Assembly: GCA_964466545.1 (NCBI GenBank)
Contig: CAYXNQ010000002.1
Coordinates: forward strand, 1-39,534
Source of the DNA: an uncultured Lachnospiraceae bacterium
GTDB taxonomy: Bacteria; Bacillota; Clostridia; Oscillospirales; CAG-272
Reading direction: 5' to 3'
Length of the DNA stretch: 39,534 bases
Part shown: piece by piece, positions 1 to 7,557 of the stretch
Numbering within the stretch: the first letter of the stretch is position 1
Layout: each line of letters begins with the position of its first letter
Translations under genes and position numbers: made by a program
Notes under the pieces: model-generated
What the model was told of the DNA's origin: nothing
Seen by the model: the letters and a program-made list of their open reading frames with translations, nothing else
The model's database searches: none

Positions 1-1865
1 ATAGCAGAGATATGGCGTTTGCCGCGCCGCGTTACACCGAGGTAAAGCTTGATCCTTTCTGCGCCGAGCTGTTTAACGGTATTGATAAAAACGCCGTTGA
101 TATGATTCCCAATTACGATAATACGATGACCGAGCCGACGCTTTTGCCTACAACGTTCCCGAACGTGCTTGTGTCACCGAATATGGGAATTGCCGTAGGC
201 ATGGCGTCTACGATCTGCTCGTTTAATCTCGGCGAAATATGTGACGGCACCATAGCGTTGCTCAAGAATCCGAAGATCACGACGGACAAGCTAATGGATA
301 TAATAAAAGCGCCGGATTTTTCCGGCGGCGGTATCCTTATATACGATCGCGAGCAGATGAAACGGATATACGAAACAGGTCGTGGCAGCTTTAAGTTGCG
401 CGCACGGTATTCTTATGATGCGGCGAACTCCTGCATAGATATTTTACAAATACCGTATTCAACTTCTATTGAAGTAATAATGAAGCGTATATCCGATCTT
501 CTTAAGGAAGGAAAACTGAAAGAGGTCACGGATTTCCGCGATGAAATCGACCTTAACGGCTTCAAACTGACAATAGACTTAAAACGCGGAAGCGATCCTG
601 AAGCTGTCATGGCTCGCCTGTTTAAGCAAACTACTCTGGAGGACGAGTTTTCAGCGAACTTCAATGTTTTAATCGACGGTTCACCGAAACAGCTCGGTGT
701 TGCGGAGCTGCTTGCCGAATGGATAAAATTCAGAGTGAACTGCCTGAGGCGCGAACTTACTTTCGATCTCGAACGTAAAAAAGAAAAGCTTCACTTGCTT
801 CTCGGCCTCGGAAAAATTTTACTCGATATAGATAAAGCGATAGCTATAATACGCGAAACCCAGAAGGAATCGGATGTTGTTCCTCGCCTTATGACAGGCT
901 TCGCGATCGATAAGATTCAAGCCGAGTACATTGCCGAGATCAAGCTTCGTCATCTCAACCGTGAATATATCGTAGAGAGGATAAAAGAGATCGAAGCTTT
1001 GCAGAATGAGATCAAAGAGCTTGAAGAACTGATCGGCGACGATCTGAAGCTGAAATCGAAAATTGCAACTCAGCTTTCCGAAATCAAGAAAAAATACGGC
1101 AAGCCGCGCAAAACGCAGATCATGGATTCCGCAGACGTTGTTCAAGTGCAGATAGACGACGTCCCGGAAAACTATAATGTTAAGGCTGTGCTTACGCGAG
1201 AGGGATATTTCAAGAAAGTCACTCTTGTTTCTCTCCGCGGTAACGATGAGCACAAGCTAAAGGACGGAGACGAGATCATCAGCTGCGAGGAGAGCGATAA
1301 TCTTTCGCAGATCATGTTCTTTACCGATAAAGCTCAGGTCTATCGCGCAAGAATGGCAGATTTCGCTCCGGTAAAAGCATCAGCTCTCGGCGATTTCGTT
1401 GCGGCAAAACTCGGTATGGATGAGGATGAGCGTCCCATCATGATGAAAGTTATCTCCGGAGAGAAGCTTTCCGGAAATATGATATTCATTTTCGAAAACG
1501 GAAAGGGCGTTCGCGTTCCGCTTTCGGCATACGAAACAAAAACATTCCGCAAACGCATGACGGCGGCGTATTCGTCTGCCTCTCCGATAGTTGCGGCAAT
1601 TTGGGAAGATCAGCCGGTTAATTTATTTATCGAAAATTCACTGTCCAAAGCAATACTTATAAAATCATCGCTTATCCCGATAAAGACTACGAGAACGTCA
1701 AACGGAGTCCAGCTTGTCAATATAAAAGCCGGTGCTGTGCTGACTTCGGTGACGGTCGGTGACAAGATCGGCGAAATACGCGGCGCCGCAAAATGCAAGA
1801 AAAATAAAATTCCCGCTACTCCCGTAACTCCGATGGAAGACAGCGTGCAATTGCGCCTCGATTAA
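1..1865 (+). CDS. Type IIA DNA topoisomerase subunit A (GyrA/ParC family), 5' end cut by the window edge
   Basis: The frame is open from the window edge to TAA at 1863-1865. The active-site motif AAPRYTE is present (Tyr codon 33-35). The tower and coiled-coil region is followed by a short C-terminal repeat domain. I saw no GyrA-box (QRRGGKG), so it is more ParC-like than GyrA-like. Confidence 0.85.
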   Translation, partial: SRDMAFAAPRYTEVKLDPFCAELFNGIDKNAVDMIPNYDNTMTEPTLLPTTFPNVLVSPNMGIAVGMASTICSFNLGEICDGTIALLKNPKITTDKLMDIIKAPDFSGGGILIYDREQMKRIYETGRGSFKLRARYSYDAANSCIDILQIPYSTSIEVIMKRISDLLKEGKLKEVTDFRDEIDLNGFKLTIDLKRGSDPEAVMARLFKQTTLEDEFSANFNVLIDGSPKQLGVAELLAEWIKFRVNCLRRELTFDLERKKEKLHLLLGLGKILLDIDKAIAIIRETQKESDVVPRLMTGFAIDKIQAEYIAEIKLRHLNREYIVERIKEIEALQNEIKELEELIGDDLKLKSKIATQLSEIKKKYGKPRKTQIMDSADVVQVQIDDVPENYNVKAVLTREGYFKKVTLVSLRGNDEHKLKDGDEIISCEESDNLSQIMFFTDKAQVYRARMADFAPVKASALGDFVAAKLGMDEDERPIMMKVISGEKLSGNMIFIFENGKGVRVPLSAYETKTFRKRMTAAYSSASPIVAAIWEDQPVNLFIENSLSKAILIKSSLIPIKTTRTSNGVQLVNIKAGAVLTSVTVGDKIGEIRGAAKCKKNKIPATPVTPMEDSVQLRLD

Positions 1866-1903
1866 ATGAAAAATTTGCCAATTGTTAATATTTAGCGTTT
1901 TGC

Positions 1904-1932
1904 TTGCAATTTGTCGATAAATAATATATAAT
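1904..1932 (+). promoter_or_regulatory. SigmaA-type promoter TTGCAA-17-TATAAT
   Basis: -35 TTGCAA at 1904-1909, a 17-nt spacer, and -10 TATAAT at 1927-1932. It lies in the gap upstream of the 2025 CDS. Confidence 0.55.
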
Positions 1933-2024
1933 GTGTTTACGAATCTACCTTCTATCGCAATAGGTAAAGTATGTTGGTTTACTTATTGCTTTCACCCAAA
2001 CGAAAGGCAGGTATAATACGATAC

Positions 2025-2744
2025 ATGAAAAAGAAGAATAAGATCATAATTGCTTTAATCGCGGTTTTTGTTGCGATCTCCGCCGCCGTTACCGTTTACG
2101 CAGTCGGATATGACAGCGAAAGTGATCCGATAGTTGCGCTCAGCTATATCACCGACGTATTCAAGCCTCAGCTCGAATCCATGATTCAAGGTGTAAAGAC
2201 CGAATTATCCGAGTTGATTTCCGGACTTCAGGCGTCGGTCTCCAAGCTCGATGCATCCGCAGATAAGGCCGAAACCGAAATCAAGGCCCTCGAATCGACT
2301 GTTGCCGAGCTTGAAAGCGGAAATGCATCGTTGAAAGACTCCCTTGAAAGTTCAAGCGCGGCGGACGAGCAGCTAAAGGATAAGCTCAACGCGCTTGAAT
2401 CCGCATTAAACGAAATTGAATCTAAGGTCGATAATGATGATCACGATGAAACTCCGATATATAATTTTGAAGTCGTATATCTGACAAAAGGTCAATCTTT
2501 AATGGCGACCAACGCGTGCGAGGTGATTCTTCGTTCCGGAGCTGCCGATGCTATCTCTCCCTTTGATGAGCAGGGATTGGCCGACTACACATCCGGAGCT
2601 GAGCTTCTGAACGGTGCTATGCTTACCGTAAATCATTTGAATTTGATATCTCGCGGTAACGACGGCAGAGGTTTGATCGTTACTTCCGATGATGCATATT
2701 TTATGGTGAGAGGAGGCTACACAATTGTCGAGCCGCAACAGTAA
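2025..2744 (+). CDS. Hypothetical single-pass membrane protein with a coiled-coil ectodomain
   Basis: ATG 2025 is preceded by AAAGGCAGG. The protein has a K-rich N-terminus and one hydrophobic helix (IIIALIAVFVAISAAVTVYAV). A long A/E/L/S/K-rich heptad-like segment follows, then a C-terminal domain of about 90 aa. I recognise no family. The track start at 1971 has no RBS. Confidence 0.7.
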   Translation: MKKKNKIIIALIAVFVAISAAVTVYAVGYDSESDPIVALSYITDVFKPQLESMIQGVKTELSELISGLQASVSKLDASADKAETEIKALESTVAELESGNASLKDSLESSSAADEQLKDKLNALESALNEIESKVDNDDHDETPIYNFEVVYLTKGQSLMATNACEVILRSGAADAISPFDEQGLADYTSGAELLNGAMLTVNHLNLISRGNDGRGLIVTSDDAYFMVRGGYTIVEPQQ

Positions 2745-4956
2745 TAATAAAGCGCGTCGTGTAGATCGGCGAACTACGCTGAAACGTGCGTTTTGCCTAT
2801 TTCTCGCGCTGTTGATGGTCGGCAGTGTAGCGTATACATTAATTATCCTTTTGTCTCAAGGTGTACTCGGCATTGAACGCGGGCGACCGCAGTCTACCAC
2901 CGGTACAACCACTACGTCGGAGCCTTTAGATGTGACTGATTCAACGGGCGAATCTGAAGCCTCAAGCGAAAGCGATACACAAAGCGAATCGTTGAGTGAA
3001 CCGGAAACAGAGCTTGAGACTGAAACTGAGACTGAAACTGAGACTGAAACTGAGACTGAAACTGAGACTGAAACTGAGACTGAAACTGAGAGCGAACCCG
3101 AATCGACGGAAGTAATTCCGCCGGATGAGCCGATCATACCTGAATATGAAGATATAAAGCTCCGTATTGGTCTTGTATATGGCTCCGGGGTACAGGTGTC
3201 ATACAAAACTACAACGGTAAACGGCTATACCATCGGTGCGCAGTCGCTTTCCGACGATAAAAAAAGCTTTACTGAGCTTTGGAATATCACCAATAATGAC
3301 GTTCTCGTTATGCTTGACGCAAACATTTGGAAATACAATGGCGAATACTTGCTTACAAACGGTGAATGGGGGCAGATCGGTTCGCATCACGTTCAGCTTG
3401 CGCAAGAATTTTCAAGTCTCGAAGAAGCTCAACTGTTTATTATCAAAAAATCGACGGAGCTTTCGTGGTACGCTCTTTCCGGATTTCCGGCATATGATAA
3501 CGGTCGCTTCTTTGTTCGCATCGGAAATTTTGTAAATGCGTCTGCTGCCGCCGGATATATCGATAAAATAGCTAATGCTTTGTCTTTAACCACTGATCAG
3601 ATGTATGTTGTGGGACCGTCCGATACTTCGGTTACACTTGTCAACCCGTATAATGATACGATCATTTTGGAGTTTGACGGCGGTGCTGATACGGTTCTTG
3701 GACTTGCCGCACGACCGAAGGATAATGAAAAGGCATATATAAAAACCCCCGCCGGTGAGCTTCATGACGGAGTTTTCGCGTTCAAGCATTATAACGTCTC
3801 GTCGTATAACGGCATTTCCGTTATTTCCGTAATCAATCTCGAAGATTATGTTGCCGGAGTTTTGCCTTACGAAATCAGCAATACCTGGCCGCTTGAAACG
3901 CAGAAGGCTTTTGCTATTGCCGTTCGGTCATTCGCTGTTTCTAAGATAAATCTCCATTATTACAGCTATTCGTTCGATCTTTGCAATACGGCACATTGTC
4001 AAGTTTATCGTGGGATCGCTCAAATTAACGATACTGTCCTCCAAGCCGTCGAGGAGACCAAAGGTCAGATACTTACCTACGGCAATATCATCTGTTCTAC
4101 TTGCTATTCTTCAAGCGTAGGCGGGATTACAGTCAATTCGCTCGATTGCTGGGGAAGCGTTTCACTGCCTTATCTTATAGCGAAAAGAACAGCGTGGGAG
4201 GATTACTACAATTACAACCACGGCTTCTGGATTGAGGAAGTTTCCGGCGCCGAGCTTCTGACATATCTTCGCGATACGCGTGGATACACAACTCTCGCCG
4301 GCTCATATATCGCCGACATTTCCGTAGATCAGTTTGCCACCGATTCAACATATGTAAAGACCTTAACCTTTACCGATAACCTCGGTTGCTCGGTGACACT
4401 GACGAACACAGATAAGATACGCGTTACGATGAGCGGATATCTTTACAGCTCTAATTTCGTTGTCGGCAAGGGAAGCGTTGCGTATACTTATGATGTCGTA
4501 AAAACGCGTAAAGAATACGAAGAATCACTAAAACAGCAAGAAAGCGGCGGCGCAGTATCATTCAAGTTGGCCGATTTTTCGATTATCACTGCTTTAGACC
4601 GATTCGTCACTTCGATCAACGGATACATAAACGTTATTACGGGAAGCGGTAACCAAAAGCTTGATCAGTCGAGCGCATATGTTATAACCAAGAATAACGC
4701 CGGACTTTATGTCGATGTATCCGGAGATATACAAAACGAGACAGAGACTCTGTATTCGTATGTGCGGCATAATACGGCTAATGCTTCGTCGCCCGATAAT
4801 TTTATATTTGTCGGCAAGGGGTGGGGGCACGGCGTCGGTATGAGTCAATACGGCGCAAAGGATCTTGCAGATCTCGGCTTCACATATGATAGTATACTGT
4901 ATTCGTATTTTGGCGACACAACAATAGTTGATTTCAGAACGATAATCGGCGATTGA
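2725..4956 (+). CDS. SpoIID/LytB-family protein (lytic transglycosylase / amidase enhancer type), extended 743-aa form
   Basis: TTG start at 2725 lies 8 nt after GAGAGGAGG and overlaps the upstream gene by 20 nt. The N-terminus has a TM helix, an acidic S/T/E linker and an SPOR-like stretch (FFVRIGNFVNASAAAGYIDKI). SpoIID hallmarks are present: LEDYVAGVLPYEIS, FDLCNTAHCQVYRG and GKGWGHGVGMSQYGA. Confidence 0.85.
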   Translation: MSSRNSNNKARRVDRRTTLKRAFCLFLALLMVGSVAYTLIILLSQGVLGIERGRPQSTTGTTTTSEPLDVTDSTGESEASSESDTQSESLSEPETELETETETETETETETETETETETETESEPESTEVIPPDEPIIPEYEDIKLRIGLVYGSGVQVSYKTTTVNGYTIGAQSLSDDKKSFTELWNITNNDVLVMLDANIWKYNGEYLLTNGEWGQIGSHHVQLAQEFSSLEEAQLFIIKKSTELSWYALSGFPAYDNGRFFVRIGNFVNASAAAGYIDKIANALSLTTDQMYVVGPSDTSVTLVNPYNDTIILEFDGGADTVLGLAARPKDNEKAYIKTPAGELHDGVFAFKHYNVSSYNGISVISVINLEDYVAGVLPYEISNTWPLETQKAFAIAVRSFAVSKINLHYYSYSFDLCNTAHCQVYRGIAQINDTVLQAVEETKGQILTYGNIICSTCYSSSVGGITVNSLDCWGSVSLPYLIAKRTAWEDYYNYNHGFWIEEVSGAELLTYLRDTRGYTTLAGSYIADISVDQFATDSTYVKTLTFTDNLGCSVTLTNTDKIRVTMSGYLYSSNFVVGKGSVAYTYDVVKTRKEYEESLKQQESGGAVSFKLADFSIITALDRFVTSINGYINVITGSGNQKLDQSSAYVITKNNAGLYVDVSGDIQNETETLYSYVRHNTANASSPDNFIFVGKGWGHGVGMSQYGAKDLADLGFTYDSILYSYFGDTTIVDFRTIIGD
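3016..3087 (+). repeat. Perfect tandem repeat, 6 x 12 bp (GAGACTGAAACT), encoding (ET)n
   Basis: Six identical 12-nt units were read directly at 3016-3087. A degenerate unit precedes them at 3004-3015. The repeat is in frame within the SpoIID-family linker. Confidence 0.95.
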
Positions 4957-4964
4957 TACTTTCA

Positions 4965-4996
4965 AAAAGCGAGAGATTTTTCATCTCTCGCTTTTT
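4965..4996 (+). terminator. Rho-independent terminator after the SpoIID-family gene
   Basis: Stem GCGAGAGAT (4969-4977) pairs with ATCTCTCGC (4983-4991). It is flanked by an A4 run and a T5 run. Confidence 0.85.
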
Positions 4997-5082
4997 AGTT
5001 AGTTGCACAATTTTTTATTCAACTGCAGCGAATTTTTTTGCAAAAATCTTTCTGCGTTTTCGGCAAAATCTCGTTAAAAAAC

Positions 5083-5111
5083 TTGACAAGTCATACATTT
5101 TCTGATATACT
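5083..5111 (+). promoter_or_regulatory. SigmaA promoter of the pyr operon, TTGACA-17-TATACT
   Basis: -35 TTGACA at 5083-5088, a 17-nt spacer, and -10 TATACT at 5106-5111. An A/T-rich tract lies upstream. Confidence 0.7.
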
Positions 5112-5117
5112 TATCAA

Positions 5118-5246
5118 GTAATCTTTAAGCGGTACCGTGATGCCATCAAGATTCGTTTACAATATTATTGCGCCCAGTAGCAGTATGTTGCGGTGCTATG
5201 TTTGCTTCGGAATCTTGATATATCGAGATTCCGTTTTTGCTTTTAG
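5118..5246 (+). promoter_or_regulatory. pyr leader transcription attenuator (three mutually exclusive helices); candidate PyrR-type binding loop
   Basis: The anti-antiterminator is AATCTT 5120-5125 paired with AAGATT 5148-5153, with an inner stem GGTA/TGCC. The antiterminator is ATCAAGATTC 5145-5154 paired with GAATCTTGAT 5210-5219. The terminator is at 5208-5233 plus a T-run. Confidence 0.6.
5208..5244 (+). terminator. Intrinsic terminator hairpin inside the pyr leader
   Basis: An 11-bp stem (CGGAATCTTGA / TCGAGATTCCG) with loop TATA, followed by TTTTTGCTTTT. It lies 28 nt upstream of the pyrC start codon. Confidence 0.75.
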
Positions 5247-5271
5247 TCTTGCATGCGAGGAGGAAGATCAT

Positions 5272-6483
5272 ATGAGTTCCGTTTCAAAATTGACGGTTAA
5301 CGGCTATCAATTTGATCAAAGTAAACTTGACGCTCAAAGTGCCTCTATTTGCGATCAACTTTTGAAAAAATATAAGAATTGTACTGTTTTACCCGGCTTT
5401 GTTGACGTGCATGTGCATTTCAGACAGCCGGGTTATTTGTATAAGGAAACAATACTTACGGGCACGAAAGCGGCGGCGGCCGGCGGATATACGGCGGTTT
5501 GTACAATGCCGAATCTGCTTCCGCCCCCCGATTCGCCGAAAAATTTGCGGCTTCAGCTCGACGCTATCCAAAGCGACGCCGTTGTAAATGTATATCCATA
5601 CGGCACGATCACGCGCAATAGGGAAGGCAAGAAGTTGTCGGATTTCGCCGCTATTGCCGATAACGTTATTGCATACAGCGATGACGGCTCTGGAATTGCC
5701 GATGCCGCCCTTATGCGCGAAGCAATGACAGAGGCAAAAAAACTCGGGAAAATTATCGCTGCGCACTGTGAAGATCTCACTTTGCTCGGCGGCACACACG
5801 TTAACTCAGGTCCGCTTTCCGAACGCCTCGGTATCAACGGGATTTCGAGAGAATCTGAATGGCGGCAGATCGAACGCGATTTGAAGCTTGCGGATGAGAC
5901 GGGCGTAAAATACCACGTGTGTCACATCTCATGTCGCGAAAGTGTGCAATTGATTCGAGACGCTAAGAAAAGCGGCGTCGATGTGACGTGCGAAACCGCG
6001 CCGCATTATCTATTGCTTGATGAAAGCATGGCTGAAGATAGCGGAGCATTTAAGATGAATCCGCCGCTACGCTCGATTGAAGACAGACTTGCTTTGCTAG
6101 AAGGAATTGCCGACGGTACTGTGGATATGATAGCCACAGATCACGCGCCACATTCGGAAAAAGAAAAAACCGGCGGTCTGCTTGGATCGCTCATGGGAGT
6201 TGTCGGCCTTGAAACCGCGTTTCCAGTGTGCTTCACCAGATTGGTAAAAAGCGGGATAATACCGTTTTCGCGTTTGATAGAGCTGATGAGCATATCACCG
6301 GCAAAACGCTTTGAGATACCTGATAAAAATTCATTTACGATATTCGATCTTGAATCCGAATACATTATAGATTCAAATAAATTTGCGAGCATGGGACGCT
6401 CCACGCCATTTAACAACTGGAGAGTCAACGGAAAATGTGTAGCTACAGTAACGGAGGGAAATATAGTATATGAGCAGGAATAA
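5272..6483 (+). CDS. pyrC: Dihydroorotase
   Basis: ATG 5272 follows GAGGAGGAAG. Motifs present: PGFVDVHVHFRQPG (HxH), AAHCED, HVCHIS, ATDHAPH. The track start at 5137 lies inside the leader. Confidence 0.9.
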   Translation: MSSVSKLTVNGYQFDQSKLDAQSASICDQLLKKYKNCTVLPGFVDVHVHFRQPGYLYKETILTGTKAAAAGGYTAVCTMPNLLPPPDSPKNLRLQLDAIQSDAVVNVYPYGTITRNREGKKLSDFAAIADNVIAYSDDGSGIADAALMREAMTEAKKLGKIIAAHCEDLTLLGGTHVNSGPLSERLGINGISRESEWRQIERDLKLADETGVKYHVCHISCRESVQLIRDAKKSGVDVTCETAPHYLLLDESMAEDSGAFKMNPPLRSIEDRLALLEGIADGTVDMIATDHAPHSEKEKTGGLLGSLMGVVGLETAFPVCFTRLVKSGIIPFSRLIELMSISPAKRFEIPDKNSFTIFDLESEYIIDSNKFASMGRSTPFNNWRVNGKCVATVTEGNIVYEQE

Positions 6484-7552
6484 CTTTATAACAGATCATA
6501 ACAGAAAGATCGTCCTGGAGGATGGAAGTGAATTTTACGGCTACGGATTCGGCGCAAACGTGGATCGCGTATGCGAATTGGTTTTTAACACCTCGATGGT
6601 GGGATATCAAGAAATAATATCCGATCCCGCAAATTACTGCCAAGCTGTCGTGATGACGTATCCTCTTATAGGCAATTACGGCATCTCCGATGATGATTTT
6701 GAGCGATGTGTTCCCGTCGTCGGCGGTCTGATAGTACGGGATTACAATGATCATCCGAGCAATTTCAGTTACACGCGAACTCTTTCGGAAGTCATGGAAG
6801 ATAACGGAGTGCCCGGCATCTACGGCTTTGACACACGCGCGCTTACGCGAAAAATTCGCGATAACGGAAGTTGCAAGGTCTTGTTCACAAATGCAGATAC
6901 GCCGCTTGATGTTGCGAAAGATATTATCAATAATGCGGAAATTCCGCACGATTCGGTTTCTAAAGTTAGCACTCGCAAGCGCTGGTATTCGCGAACGCAC
7001 AATCCGCAGTTCAATATTATCGCGATTGATTGCGGAATCAACCATAATGCAATTAAAAGCATGAAGGATTGCGGTTGCAATGTAACGGTCGTTCCGTGGA
7101 ACACTACTTCGGATGTCATCGAAGCAATGCATCCGGATGCTATATATGTTTCGGGCGGCCCCGGAAATCCGGCAGATATACCCGAAACGGTCGAAACTGT
7201 ACAGCAGTTGATCGGAAAGTATCCTATGTGCGGTATTTCACTCGGACATCAACTGATATGTCTTGCGCTCGGAGCTACCACTTATAAAATGAACCTCGGA
7301 CACAGAGGCTCCAACCATCCCATCAGATGTACTTTGGATAGCAGCCTGATTTTCGCATCTCAAAATCACGGATACGCCGTCGATGCAGACAGCATTGGTA
7401 ACACCGCTTTGCAAATTACTCACATCGATGCACTTGATAATACGCTGGAAGGCGTTCAGTGCGAGGAAAAGCGTGTATTCAGCGTTCAGTTCCAGCCTGA
7501 TTATTCAGAGTTTTTCCGCAAGCTTGTTAATTTGATAAATGAAAGCAGGTAA
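6470..7552 (+). CDS. carA: Carbamoyl-phosphate synthase small subunit homologue with a substituted glutaminase triad
   Basis: Full-length CarA-like sequence ([28 protein letters not shown]). The nucleophile motif reads GISLGHQ instead of GICLGHQ, and the HPE motif reads QPD. The gene overlaps pyrC by 14 nt. Confidence 0.9.
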   Translation: MSRNNFITDHNRKIVLEDGSEFYGYGFGANVDRVCELVFNTSMVGYQEIISDPANYCQAVVMTYPLIGNYGISDDDFERCVPVVGGLIVRDYNDHPSNFSYTRTLSEVMEDNGVPGIYGFDTRALTRKIRDNGSCKVLFTNADTPLDVAKDIINNAEIPHDSVSKVSTRKRWYSRTHNPQFNIIAIDCGINHNAIKSMKDCGCNVTVVPWNTTSDVIEAMHPDAIYVSGGPGNPADIPETVETVQQLIGKYPMCGISLGHQLICLALGATTYKMNLGHRGSNHPIRCTLDSSLIFASQNHGYAVDADSIGNTALQITHIDALDNTLEGVQCEEKRVFSVQFQPDYSEFFRKLVNLINESR

Positions 7553-7557
7553 TTAAA

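Noticed and set aside
1-1865. Calling the first gene gyrA
   Set aside because: No GyrA-box is present in the C-terminal domain, the predicted total length is short, and there is no adjacent gyrB in view. I kept the call at family level (ParC/GyrA).
1971-2024. Upstream extension of the coiled-coil protein ORF (MLVYLLLSPKRKAGIIRY)
   Set aside because: There is no Shine-Dalgarno site before 1971. ATG 2025 has one and yields a normal positively charged N-terminus followed by a TM helix.
3004-3090. The tandem repeat considered as a CRISPR array, a mobile-element end, or a phase-variation switch
   Set aside because: There are no spacers, so it is not a CRISPR array. The 12-nt unit is in frame inside a CDS, so copy changes alter length only and do not switch the gene on or off.
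5137-5271. N-terminal 45-codon extension of the pyrC ORF in the track (MMPSRFVYNII...)
   Set aside because: The extension has no RBS. It runs through the leader terminator hairpin and its T-run. A strong GAGGAGG site precedes ATG 5272. The open frame is treated as coincidental leader sequence.
6443-7132. A 229-aa ORF antisense to carA
   Set aside because: It lies entirely inside a well-supported conserved gene on the other strand. Its composition is arginine/isoleucine-rich and low-complexity, and it has no RBS. This is a typical shadow ORF.
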